DNA of 64,000 nucleotides, taken from contig NC_043004.1 of the NCBI RefSeq assembly GCF_006345805.1, positions 8,246,001 through 8,310,000 on the forward strand. The letters run 5' to 3'. Position 1 is the first letter of the stretch; each line of letters opens with the position of its first letter. Below the pieces are notes generated by a model. The model ran no database searches. It was not told the origin of the DNA and saw only the letters and a list, made by a program, of their open reading frames with translations. The position numbers and the translations under genes were made by a program. Shown piece after piece: positions 23,628-36,112 of the stretch. The DNA is from Octopus sinensis. Taxonomy: Eukaryota.

Positions 23628-23800
23628 CGTGGCCGAGTGGTTAGGGTTAAACTCACGATCGTCACTATCGCAAGATCTTGGTTTCGATTCCTAGACAGGG
23701 TAATGTGTTGTGTTCTTGAGCAAAGCACTTCATTTCATGTTACCTCAGTCCACTCAGCTGCAAATATTTAACCCTGCGACGTACTGTGATATCCTGTCCA
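23628..23800 (+). mobile_element. SINE family C
   Basis: cgtggccgagtggttagg (A box), gtttcgattcc (B box), then gtgttcttgagcaaagcactt. Confidence 0.75.
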
Positions 23801-24165
23801 AGGTTGATCTTTTCATCTCCGTCATTTATATATCATAATAACCGACCCCTGAATTTTCAGACACGAGACAATACGTCCAGGAACTGATGATGATGGACAC
23901 GATCCAGATAACTGATAAGAACATTAATTTTGAAAGGATCGTATGAACAAAAAAGGTACCGGGGTCGATTCGTTCGGCTAAAAATTCTTCAACATGGTGC
24001 CCCAGCATGGCTGCAGTTGTATAATAAATATATAATATAATATCTATCTATCTATCCACCTACCTACCTACCTACCTACCTACATACCTACCTACCTACG
24101 TATGTATGTGTGTATGTATGTATGTATGTATGTATGTATGTATGTATGTATGTATGTATGTATGT

Positions 24166-24717
24166 GTCAGGTCATTTTCGAGTGCTACTGGTAACATGTA
24201 ACCCAGTACAACCTGTTGCATGGTCGGGTCGTTGGCGACTAAACCGGCAACCCCACCAAGATTGCTTGGTGAGGAGGGTGTTTATTGGGCACCCTGCAGG
24301 ATGAAAAACAAAACTCGTCAAAGGGCGGAGGAACTCTAGAGAGTCAACGGCCATCCAATAAATGCCTTAAGGCTGTATCATGCGCGGGGACATAGAAATA
24401 ATCGGACTGAATACCCGATCGCGCGGTTAAACCATTGGGAGTGAAGGACTCCTAGCCTTTGTCAGGGCATCCTTCTAGGAGAAGGTAGCTCAGGAAACTG
24501 GGATAACTCCGACATAAAACCTGCGGCTCAGTGATTACCGATGATGTTGACTTGTTCTTCTTTTCGGATTATGGCTGCTGTTGCTTAGTGAGTGGGATTG
24601 ACTCAGTGCACAGCCTTTCCTCACTATAAAAAAAATCTTCTTGCACAGGCATTGCATGATATCAACATTGATTAAGCTTCGTGCAATGGCCATACTCGAT
24701 AACGAGGGGGCAGCCAC
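24166..24717 (+). mobile_element. ~550-bp non-coding RTE-like (5'UTR-derived) non-autonomous element flanked by (TATG)n
   Basis: GC-richer block with (TATG)n on both sides. gggcatccttctaggagaagg...aaaacc resembles the RTE 5'UTR motif. An HDV-like fold lies at the 5' end. Confidence 0.65.
24170..24247 (+). ncRNA. HDV-like ribozyme fold (imperfect)
   Basis: P1 GGTCAT/ATGGTC; P2 CCAGT/ACCGG; P3 ACA/TGC with L3 ACCTGT; P1.1 CC/GG; P4 TCG-TTGG-CGA; J4/2 CTAA. There is one A-C mismatch each in P2 and P3. Confidence 0.55.
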
Positions 24718-24804
24718 TATGTATGTATGTATGTATGTATGTATGTATGTATGTATGTATGTATGTATGTATGTATGTATCGATCCATCCATCCATCCAT
24801 CCAC

Positions 24805-24879
<75 letters not shown>

Positions 24880-25945
24880 GTTATCGTTGCCACAAAATGT
24901 ATTGATATAGCGTTAAGGAAACCTTCCGATGTCAGAAAATGAAGCTGATGAAGAGAATATTAGCAAAGAAGTTTCGGTGTGATCACGTGTCGTTCCGTCT
25001 CTCTGTTAACAATTGGCCGATGTATGTGTGTGCTACACATATATCCGTAAATGCTTGTCGTAAGTAACCTCCGGTTCAAATCGAATATGATTCAATGAAG
25101 GACGTTTTTTCATGTGAGAAGGTGGGACAGGTTCTCCTTTTCGCTGGTGGCGGAAGTGAGATTGAAACCAAGACTCATATATTGCTACAGCAGGAAGCAA
25201 CGGATCAAGATATCATGCTATCTTCAAACCGGATATGGGAACCGAATGCTTGCGAAAGAATTGCCTTTCATAGACGCCCATAGGTCAAATGACGGCGTTA
25301 ATCCGAGTGACACTTTAAGCACAGCATTCAGCAAGAGATACAATTCGTCTGGCGGGGGGCTTCTGCATAGTTTCCATTTACCAAATCTCCCTCCCAGATT
25401 TGCGTCTATCCGTGGCATTGATAGCAGACACATGTTTAAAGTACTACGTTGTTGGACCCGACTCAGAATCGCGAAATTGGAACGCAAATTTCTTAACTTC
25501 ACAGACACGCCCTTCAATATGGTTCCAGCAATTGGTAACCCACTTGAGTTACCATTAATCAAGGAACAACTGCCTCAAGATCAAATTCTTTCGAAACTGG
25601 CTTTAATTGTGTCTTACTGCAAAAGTTTATCAAATTTACAACCAGTAATATATTGGTGTAGATACTGTGGAATCGATAATTCTACTACAGCTGATGGTCT
25701 TGCACCTAGTCATAAGAGAGAGAGACGGGGGGAGAAAGAAAGAGAAAGAGTGTATGTGAGGGAGAGGAAGAGAGAATTTTTGTATGCGCACGCACGTGTG
25801 TTTATCTGAGAGAGGGAAAGGGAGAGAGAGAGAGGGGGAGAAGGAAATTGAAGGTGACTGAGTGATTAAAAAAAGGAAAAGTGAAGAGGAGAAACGCTAA
25901 AACCTAACCTGCTTGGTTTGAACGTGCAGGACTTTTGCTGTCATA

Positions 25946-26337
25946 ACTCTCTTTACTCTTTTACTTGTTTCAGTCATTTGACTGTGGCCATGCTGGAGCA
26001 CCGCCTTTAGTCGAGCAAATTGACCCCAGGACTTATTCTTTGTAAGCCTAGTACTTATACTATCGGTCTCTTTTGCCGTACACGCTAAGTTACGTGGACG
26101 TAAACACACCAGCATCGGTTGTCAGGCGATGTTGTGGGGACAAACACAGACACCCCCCACACACATATATATATGCATACATATATACGACGGGCTTCTT
26201 TCAGTTTTCGTCTACCAAATCCACTCACAAGGCTTTGGTCAGCCCGCGGCTATAGCAGAAGACACTTTCCCAAGGTGCCACGCAGTGGGACTGAACCCGG
26301 AACCATGCGGTTCGTAAGCAAAGCTACTTACCACACA
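25946..26337 (-). mobile_element. SINE family B
   Basis: Colinear with 11281-11680. Confidence 0.92.
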
Positions 26338-27438
26338 ACATTGAGTTTTTGTTTCAATCAATGTGTAAAATAATGAAAAATTAGTGAAACAATTGCTTGG
26401 AGCGCAAATTAACAAGAAGTTTAGATCGGAAGTTTTAAATTAGATCCCTTTAAAGCAGGAAGTTTGAATCATAGAATGTCTCTGGTGGGCTGATAAGGTC
26501 TTTCAGCTCAATAACCCACTCCCAGGAAAAATGAGATCATGACATATTCGTTTTTGATTTAGCTAGAAATTCATAGGGGATTTGTAAAAAGAGCCAAGTC
26601 AATCTCGGCACATGGCTGGTTCTTAAGTTATCGATTTTGGAGACGTAGGGAGTAAAATTAGCAACAGATGGATTTGAACTTAGAAACTTGAGGTGTGAAA
26701 TTTAAACACCGTAGCGATTTAATCCGGCGCTTTATCATTTTCGCTAATTCGCTACTCTTTAAAACATAGTTATAATATATTAGAAGCAGCGGATAAACGA
26801 ACTGAGCCATTGCATGGAGACAGCTGTGGAGGCCATCAAATGTAGATGAATCTATCAACAAACACAGACAGACAATTGAACACACACGAACACACACATA
26901 CACACAAACAAAATCCTCCACAAACACACACACACACACACACATGTATGCACGCTCACACCATCAAACGTCGACATTAAGGACATAAAACTTATAATAA
27001 TATAATTGACACAGTTTTGGTGTTGATTTTCTTTACCATCCTTTACTTCCTCTTTTCATTGAAGAGTGAAGACCTCAATGTAATTCATGTATGTACCCTC
27101 CTCACAATACCTCACACACACACACACAACTATCCTTTTCTATTATGGCATCTGTTATTATAATTATCAAACCATGGTCAATTTTCATAACATTTTTTTC
27201 TTGTGATTTTTAGTTTGTTTATCTAGGAAATGATATTTCGTATTTATTAGCTGTCTCTTACAAAATAATAGCTTTCGGTCCCCAAGGATTGTTTTCTCAT
27301 TTTAATTTTGATACGAATGTATTCATCTACAAGCAAGCAGGCAGACAGGCGGGCCGGCAGGCAGGCAGGCAGGCGAGGCAGGCGGGTAGGCGGGTATAGA
27401 AATACATACGGATACAAAACGAGTAACGCTTATGTATG

Positions 27439-27518
<80 letters not shown>

Positions 27519-27549
27519 ACATACATATAAAATTATGAATACATTTAGC

Positions 27550-27702
27550 GTCATGGCTACGCGATGCTGAAGCTCACTTTGGAACCACGGAATTTCGAGT
27601 TCAGTCTCACTGTGCAGCATTTTGGGCAAGCGTCTCTAACTCAAACCCTGGGCCGACCAATGTCTTGTAAAAAATTAATTTGGTAAACGAATCCCGTCGT
27701 AT
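27550..27702 (+). mobile_element. SINE family B 5' half, diverged
   Basis: gagttcagtctcactgtgcagcattttgggcaag..gggccgaccaa. Confidence 0.7.
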
Positions 27703-27777
27703 ACATACATACATACATACCATACATACATACATACACATATATATTATGCGTGTGTGTGTGTATATATATATATT

Positions 27778-27810
<33 letters not shown>

Positions 27811-27842
27811 ATATATATATAGATAAGGACAAAGCTCCTTTA

Positions 27843-27879
<37 letters not shown>

Positions 27880-28204
27880 AACTATCTACAGTATATAGAT
27901 ACATAAACATGAATATATATGTATGCATATACACGTATATATATCTCAAAATACATGTCTGTATGTAGGTATGTATAAAAAAGGGTAAACATGAAATGTC
28001 ATTCCTGCGGAATCGACCATTTTACTTGCTGTAAAGCTGAGCATCAAGGCAGTTGCAGAGCTGCAAGCGTCCAAGTTGGAATCCTTAGACTAACAAACGA
28101 TGGTTGTTGCTACCAGGGGCCTGTCAACAACGAACTCAATTCACACAGTATGAAATATATACATCTAATACAGATATGCATATATATATATGTACATATA
28201 TATA

Positions 28205-29215
28205 CAGGGTATTCCAAAAAATTGTGTACATACATTGACTGACTATAAATTTGGTGTCTATTGAAAGACATCTTATTTTCAAAATTTAATATAATCTACG
28301 GATAGAATTTAATTTTTGTATGAATAGCTGTTTTGAAACTGGTTCGGACACTTCTCATAACTCAAAACAATGGAATCGCAAACATAAAAAAAAAAAACAT
28401 TTCATTCGGTATTTGTGAGCATTCTCATTCAATGACTGTCCTCGTTTCGTCGACTGTTGCTGGTTTCCATTATAAAATTGATCTTTTAAGTTTTCCGTTG
28501 AAAAGTTTAGCGGTGTTTACGTCCGCTGAACGTAGAGCATTTTCTGTTGGACCTCTTCAACTAATCTACCTTTTTGGCAAAATCTAATGAAGATAGTCCC
28601 TTACATTATTATGGTAGTGTTGGAAACTCTATATATTATTGGAAACTCTATAAACTCTATTTCTTGAAAGTCCTCTTCAATGCTTGGCACGAAAAATTGT
28701 CGCAGCAAGTTCAAATAAACCAGTCACAATACCTTCAAAAAGAATGGTCCAGTTAATTCTCTTGAGAATAAGCTGCATCATAATGTATCTCTTGATAAAT
28801 TAACTAACATGATGTTCATCTGTAATATGTGAGTTTTCAGGCCTCCAGTCGGTGCAAATGTGGAACCATTTCAGTTAAATGTTACTTCATCACTCCAACC
28901 AATCTTTGTTGGAAAGTGTGCATCTACACATCTTGTCAAAACACCACTCTTTAGTCAGGAGCATTTTCACTGAGAACATGGACTATTTTGGAACAGTGAC
29001 GCTTCCAATGACAGCGCTTCAAAATTCCGATGGACGCTTGATTTTGAAATTTCTATTTCCCGACTTATTTGCTCAGCAGATTTTCATGAACTCTGGCAAT
29101 ACTTTTCTAGAACCATTTCTTGCTTTGTGGAACTAGTCGATGTCCACGGTTTTCCTTGTGAACATTTTGAAAAGTTCCTTCTGTTTCAAGCCTATTTCTA
29201 ATTGGAATGATGGTA
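28205..29215. mobile_element. Tc1/mariner-superfamily (DUF4817-HTH type) remnant(s)
   Basis: TA|CAGGGTATTCC terminus at 28205. Minus strand 28630-29215 encodes RNRLETEGT..KSAEQISREIEISKSSVHR..IGWSDEVTF..WRPEN..GPFF..LNLLRQFFVP with stops and frameshifts. Confidence 0.8.
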
Positions 29216-29220
29216 AATTG

Positions 29221-29258
<38 letters not shown>

Positions 29259-29263
29259 TGTGT

Positions 29264-29321
<58 letters not shown>

Positions 29322-29491
29322 TCTATCTGAAACTTTCCCCGAAACTGACTTTGTTTTTAAACTTCCAGTAGCATTTTAAGTTAAATTTCCTTTGTTCCGA
29401 TCTTAGTCTGACTCCTTTCACTATTTCTAATGGGTTTAATCTAAAAAGAAATGAAAATTAAGTTATCAGCTGTTAAAACAGCAGCAGCAGC

Positions 29492-29527
<36 letters not shown>

Positions 29528-30653
29528 AAACTAACAAGGTTTTATGTTGTGATGGTGACATAAAACCATCCATCTCTCTTCCCCTTGAGGAGCCACACCT
29601 TATTCACTTTGTTGTTACAACGCAGATAGCCATATTTCAATACACCTGAACGTATACCCTTGAGAGAGAGAGAGCAGAGTCTTCAATATGGAAATCTGAA
29701 ACTAGGTAAATGGTGAAAAGTATTTTGAAGATACGGTTTCAAAAGTATTTTGGACTAATAGGGTGCATTTTGGAGTATTTATCAAAAAAAAAAAAAAGAA
29801 AGAAAGAAATTCTACATACCTTTTCCAAGTAGTTACGTGTTGCAAGCATCTATGCACTCGTCTCTGATGACAGCATCTCAGTGAAAATGAAGGATTTCAG
29901 CGTGCACGGGGTACTCTAAAGAATACGGTGTTATTTATTCAAACGTAAAATAAGCAATAACATGCCGTGTTCAAAGTGATACTCTAATTTAAAAAAAAAA
30001 AATTAAAAATAAAGCAAACGCCACCCCAAGGGAAAATACCCAAACCGATGAGATAAACAGTTTCTGTGATGTAGAGATACCTCTATTCTTTTACAGCAAC
30101 CATTCTCGGGTACAAACTCCAAAAGTCTTTGTCAATTATATCGATATCAGGTACTGATATATCGAATCTTATAGAAAAGTAGATACATTGAACATTATCG
30201 ATATATTGCACTTTATCGAAAGGTAGATTTTACCAGAGTTATGTCCGTTTAAAAAGAGTAACGTCTGAATTTTTACCCTCTGCGTCCAAGTCGTATTGAG
30301 GTCCACAAGTCATCCTGCCGGGGTCAATTGAATATGTGATAACGAATTATTAGGCGCTAAAGAAATTGCTAGTTTCTTTTCAAAATCATTTGTATATTTG
30401 TGAAAAAAACTAATTTGTACTTACCAATTTTATTAAAATAGGAATCGATAGTTTTACATATTTATACAAACACGTCTATTTTAACAGAATTTTAATCTTC
30501 TAGATTTGTTCGCCCTAAAATGCGTAGGTATTAAGACTTTTCTGAAGATATACCATTTCTGACGAAATTGCATCAACCATACATTGAAAATATATTCCAG
30601 TTTTGGTGATCTTCACACGAAGACAAATAGTTTTACATATACACATATACAAT

Positions 30654-30695
<42 letters not shown>

Positions 30696-30696
30696 A

Positions 30697-30929
30697 ATAG
30701 TAGGCTTCCGTCGGCCTCGAGGGCCATGGATCGACGTTCAAAAACAAATCATGTCAGCTACTGATGGTAGTGCAGCATCTGTTGTGGCTGTAGAGGCCCA
30801 CACGGAAGTGGCAGTCATGTACATAGCAACTACATTTGAAGGAGCTCTCTATCGGCGCTACTGATTTTTCCTTACGTCGAGTGCAATTTTTTTTTCTTTT
30901 GATGGCGAGTTCCTGTTTTTCTTCCGTTC
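30697..30929 (-). mobile_element. RTE-clade LINE 3' end, cut by the assembly gap
   Basis: Minus translation RRKEKSVAPIESSFKCSCYVHDCHFRVGLYSHNRC matches the RTE C-terminal zinc finger (FxCxxCxRxCxSRIGLxSHxRxC). It is followed by ccatggccctcgaggccgacggaagcc. Confidence 0.8.
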
Positions 30930-31029
30930 NNNNNNNNNNNNNNNNNNNNNNNNNNNNNNNNNNNNNNNNNNNNNNNNNNNNNNNNNNNNNNNNNNNNNNN
31001 NNNNNNNNNNNNNNNNNNNNNNNNNNNNN
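30930..31029. other. Assembly gap (100 N)
   Basis: Direct reading. Confidence 1.
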
Positions 31030-31913
31030 AACCGTTTGCGACGACAGTAAAGAGAATTATTCTTCAGACTATCGTCTGTTGTCGTTTCTCGGCCATATCT
31101 ATAAACGGGAACATTACAAAATGAGAAATATACATATACACACACATATATACACACACATATATGTACACTCACACACACAAACACAGGGATGCTCTGG
31201 AAAGCAAATAAAACAAGAAACAAACGAAAGACAAACTAAGCACCGCAACCGTAAAGACCCTTAAAAAAAACATTTTACTGACGTCGCTCGGTGATTTTGA
31301 CCGAATAAACAGCTTATTGTTGGCGTTGGTATTTATTCTCAATGGCGACATTGACACATTGACTAACTTCATTTTCTAAATAGATTTTTTGTTGTCTTTT
31401 ATGTATTACAAGACATTTTCAAGACTTCCTCCGCTATTACAAAAAAGAGAAAATATAACGAATAAATAAATAAAGAGAAGATAAAGAAAAAAGCGAAAGA
31501 AACGAAGAACCTTTACAATTTGTTCCATCTGGTTATCAACCTGTCACCTAGCTATGAAAATATAAATAAAGAAACTAAAACAAAACTCAGTAAACTACGT
31601 CCTTATCACATGAATGTATACTGCTAAGCGACGATAAGATAAGAAAGTGGTACTTTCGACCCAGGGTTGTAACCTTTAGAAGCTTCATTCCAAGAATTAA
31701 AGAAACATTTGAGGAGAAAGTTGTTTCAAAGGAGTTCAAGAAGTGACGTAGTTTATATGTCGCTGAGTCTGTCATCGTTTTAAAACTCGAACTACATGTA
31801 GCACTACTCTCCGGCTTCGTATATATCGTGTGGTGCATACTTAAGCTGCCATATAAAAGGATCTCTTTCAAGCTTCGTAAAAAAGGCCTTCAAGCACACA
31901 CATTCACGTGCGC

Positions 31914-31969
<56 letters not shown>

Positions 31970-31989
31970 TCCTTTCTGTGTACATTATC

Positions 31990-32020
<31 letters not shown>

Positions 32021-32049
32021 CTCCCCGCTCTCCCCGCTCTCTTTCATAT

Positions 32050-32083
<34 letters not shown>

Positions 32084-33302
32084 ATATATATATACAGAAA
32101 ATACAGAGAAAATAGCAGATGATTTACCGAAGCCATTGATGTATACTCATATAAATGCAACAATGTATTTTTAGGTACTTTTCCGTGGACAGGGAAAGAG
32201 TTATCGACATGTCTCTTGTTTCACTGTTTAGCGGAGTTATTCTTAGAGGCTCGGCACACCTCATTCTATCTGCAAAATAACTGACATGCAACTAATGCCT
32301 TTATAAGCCTCTCCAAACATGGTCTTCTCATCGAATCGGAAATACCAGTTTGCATAATACTGGTGAGTACACTTGTAGTTAATTAAATGATTTACTTCGC
32401 TGTACATTAAGCAGCTGAAATATGGGAAGATTACGGATCCGTACGAAACGAAAATCGAACATGATTTCATCGAAATGCCACAAATATATAAACATGAATG
32501 AAAGACATGATTTTTCAGCGTTCTACCAAACACCAATAAATCAGAACTAATGGATGGCTTCAAGACTGATTATGTAAACGGTGTTTCGAATTAAGTTGTA
32601 GCAGCGCGTTGCCCAGGCATTCTGTGGTTAGTCTTGGGAATATGCTATTCTCGCGACCCTTTGCTGTTTAGCCAAGAATGTGCGTGCTAAAAGTCATTAT
32701 AAGTGTTTAATATGACAGCGAAATTGCAAAGATAGTGAAACGTTAGCACTGGTCAATGCTTCGGAAATAGAGAGGAAAGCAGCTGGTTTCCGGTCTCAGG
32801 AGCAGATGAAGGTGAAACCACCACCACCTGACATGATCCTAATAGTCCTTTGCTATTCCCTTGTCAAATTGGTTAGGAGCTGGAGGTGTAGGAAAATGGT
32901 TGGCCGTCGTGAGAGAAGAAAAACAAAGAGAGAGAGAGAGCGAGAGAGAGAAAGAGAGAGGGAGAGAGAGGGGGGAAGGTGAATACTAGTAGAAGATATC
33001 TAAGATGTACACTCTATGAACCTAGAAATAGAGATTACTACTCATAAAATGTCGCTGGGATACTAGAAGAGGAGTTTGCTCCCTTTTGGTTGTTCTTCAT
33101 CGTAGTCATCGTGGTAAAATGAATTCTAAAGCAAATATAGTTCTTTGACTCGAAGATTTTACACCAGCAGCAAGAAATATGTTGTTATTGTGGGAAATAG
33201 TTTAACGTTGTAACAACTGGTTCATATCTTACTTAAAATATGGGTCATTGCTCCTTACTCAGATAATAACTATCATTGTGTGGTTTACTTTGCGATGTGG
33301 AC

Positions 33303-33396
<94 letters not shown>

Positions 33397-33752
33397 TATA
33401 TATATATATATATATAACATGTATGTATGTATGTATGTAATGTATGTATGTGTATGTGTACTATTTTGATATTTTTCGTTTCGTAAAATGAATTTATTTA
33501 TATACATCTCTAGATTCATATAAATAAATTTCTACGTATTTACATATAACTTTGAGTAACCGGTTATCGTAATAGATGGAATGTATCGTATTAAATAGCA
33601 ATATAGTAGCTATTTAGGCACAAACACATATACACATACATACACACAGACGCAGAACACATGCACACACACGTCTCTCCTTCACTCTCTCCCATCCACG
33701 CATAGAAACATATACGGACATATATATATGCATACATAATACACACACACAC

Positions 33753-33785
<33 letters not shown>

Positions 33786-33787
33786 GA

Positions 33788-33853
<66 letters not shown>

Positions 33854-35007
33854 ATAATCTTCATCTAGATTTGAACTCAAATTCGATCCCTGGTTTATAT
33901 CAGCCCCTTTCTTCAAGGGATTCGAACGTATAACACAACAGTGGCAGTGTTCTCATGAGAAACGATTTCCAAATGTTTCACGTCACGTCACACGAAATAA
34001 GCTCGACTTTTTCTGAAAATGACAGACTGAACGGCCATGCGTACCTTCCTATCACGCTGCAGTATTTTTGCTGAACAAAACCCCTTATATTTATGAGCGA
34101 ATTTTAACCTATTTCTCGACGAGACAGGCTGACACCCTGCTGAAAACCAGGCAAGACATACGAGATAAGCCTAATCCATATATCAATTTAGATAGGTTTT
34201 CTTGCTTGTTCCTATTTGAGTGTACTAAATTTCGTATGAGATATATGTGCGCATGTTTATGTGTATGTGTGTATTTATGTAAGAATGTACGCATGCGTAT
34301 ACATACATACATTCATACATACATACATACATACATACATACATACATCCATACATACATACATGTATGCATGCATGCATGGATACATAGATATATGTGT
34401 GTGTATCTATGTATGCGTGTATGTATGTATGTCTGTATGTATATATGCGTGTATGTAATTCTGTATATCAAAAACCAAATGCAAAATCGAAAGCCGGGTG
34501 TATATGAAACATTGACGATAAATATCATTGGTTTGATGCTAAAGGACGATTGGAAAGGGTAAAAGGTTATTACGTTTGGTACCTGGCGTTTGTTGGAACA
34601 TCCGAAAGAAAAGTCCAGGTAAACTTAGGCAGACAAAGAAGAGAAAGGAGGTAAATGATTAGAAGTAAGGAAAAAACGCACGTCGCTTCTGTTCACACTT
34701 ACACACACACACATACACACACACACAAACACACAAACACACACATATTCAAAGTGAGCTAGAGGTTGTGAATCCAACCAACAAAGGGATAATATCTATC
34801 CAATATACTGCTGGTAGAAGACCCAATTATTAATACACAAGTGTTTTTTCAATGCATGGCATTTACACTACTGAATGTAATGTGAGGGTAAAAAGTTGTT
34901 TTACCTTTAATTTATACGGCAAGAAGAAAATGGAGGGGATCCAGAGGGAGTATGCACCAACTGTTAGACATTATATTATGTCTATTTATTTATTTTAAAC
35001 AATTCTA

Positions 35008-35486
35008 GGCGTAGGAGTGGCTGTGTGGTAAGCAGCTTGCTTACGAACCACATGGTTCCGGGTTCAGTCCCACTGCGTGACACCTTGGGCAAGTGCTTTC
35101 TACTATAGCCTCGGGCGGACCAAAGCCTTGTGAGTGAATATGGTAGACGGAAACTGAAAGAAGCCGTCGTATATATGTATATATATATTATATATAGATA
35201 TATATATATATATATATGTATATGTGGTGGTGTGTGTGTGTGGTGTGTGTTTTGTGTATTGGTTGTGTGTGTGTGTGTGTTGTGGTCTGTGTTTGTCCCC
35301 ACAACATCGCTTGATAACCGATGCTGTGTGTTTACGTCCGTAACTTAGCGGTTCGGCAAAAGAGACCGATAGAATAAGTACTAGGCTTACAAAGAATAAG
35401 TCCTGGGGGTCAATTTGCTTGACTAAAGGCGGTACTCAGCATGGCCACAGTCAAATGACTGAAACAAGTAAAAGAGTAAAAGAGTA
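35008..35486 (+). mobile_element. SINE family B, full length
   Basis: Head ggcgtaggagtggctgtgtggtaag, CORE-like accttgggcaagtg, TA/TG middle and (AAAAGAGT)n tail. Confidence 0.93.
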
Positions 35487-35574
35487 ATTTTGAGAATATA
35501 TATACATATGTAATGATTATCTTTTACATACATAAGTACCAGTAATTTCTATACAAGGGAAAAAGAAGAACGGT

Positions 35575-35700
35575 TTCTTATAGCTGTTTCTGCCAAGATG
35601 TCACATTAACCCACATGTTATTTCCATCATTTCAGGGTACTGTAGTGATTGGTAGATACAATTAGGGTACATGAGTGTGCCTCTAGGCTTCATCAGAGAG
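35575..35700 (-). ncRNA. Type-I hammerhead-like motif with ~100-nt stem II
   Basis: Minus strand: CTCT-CTGATGA-A-GCCTAGAGGCAC..GTGACATCTTGGC-A-GAAAC-AGCT-ATA-AGAA. The stem II base pairs (GCC/GGC, AGA/TCT, CAC/GTG), and stem III has one mismatch. Confidence 0.55.
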
Positions 35701-35784
35701 TTCAGAAGACCGTCTAAAGAATTCAGAGGGCTAATTTATGTATACACATACACACACAGCGCGGGCGCACTCGCACACACACGC

Positions 35785-35798
35785 ATATATATATATGT

Positions 35799-35848
<50 letters not shown>

Positions 35849-35860
35849 TATATATATATA

Positions 35861-35909
<49 letters not shown>

Positions 35910-36039
35910 TGTATAAATATATATATATATATATATATAATATATGTATATATATATATATATATATATGTAATATATATATATATATATATGTATATAT
36001 AATGTATAATATTATATAATTATATATATATATGTATAT

Positions 36040-36108
<69 letters not shown>

Positions 36109-36112
36109 CATA
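35785..36112. repeat. Long imperfect (TA)n tract
   Basis: Direct reading. Confidence 0.95.

Noticed and set aside
28026-28130. Exon-like segment on minus (ttgacag ... gtaaaa)
   Set aside because: All three frames contain stops and the donor is weak.
30836-31264. ORFs of 142 and 121 aa
   Set aside because: They span the N gap and are artefactual.
35008-35080. tRNA gene
   Set aside because: A/B boxes are present but run directly into the SINE body; this is a tRNA-derived head only.
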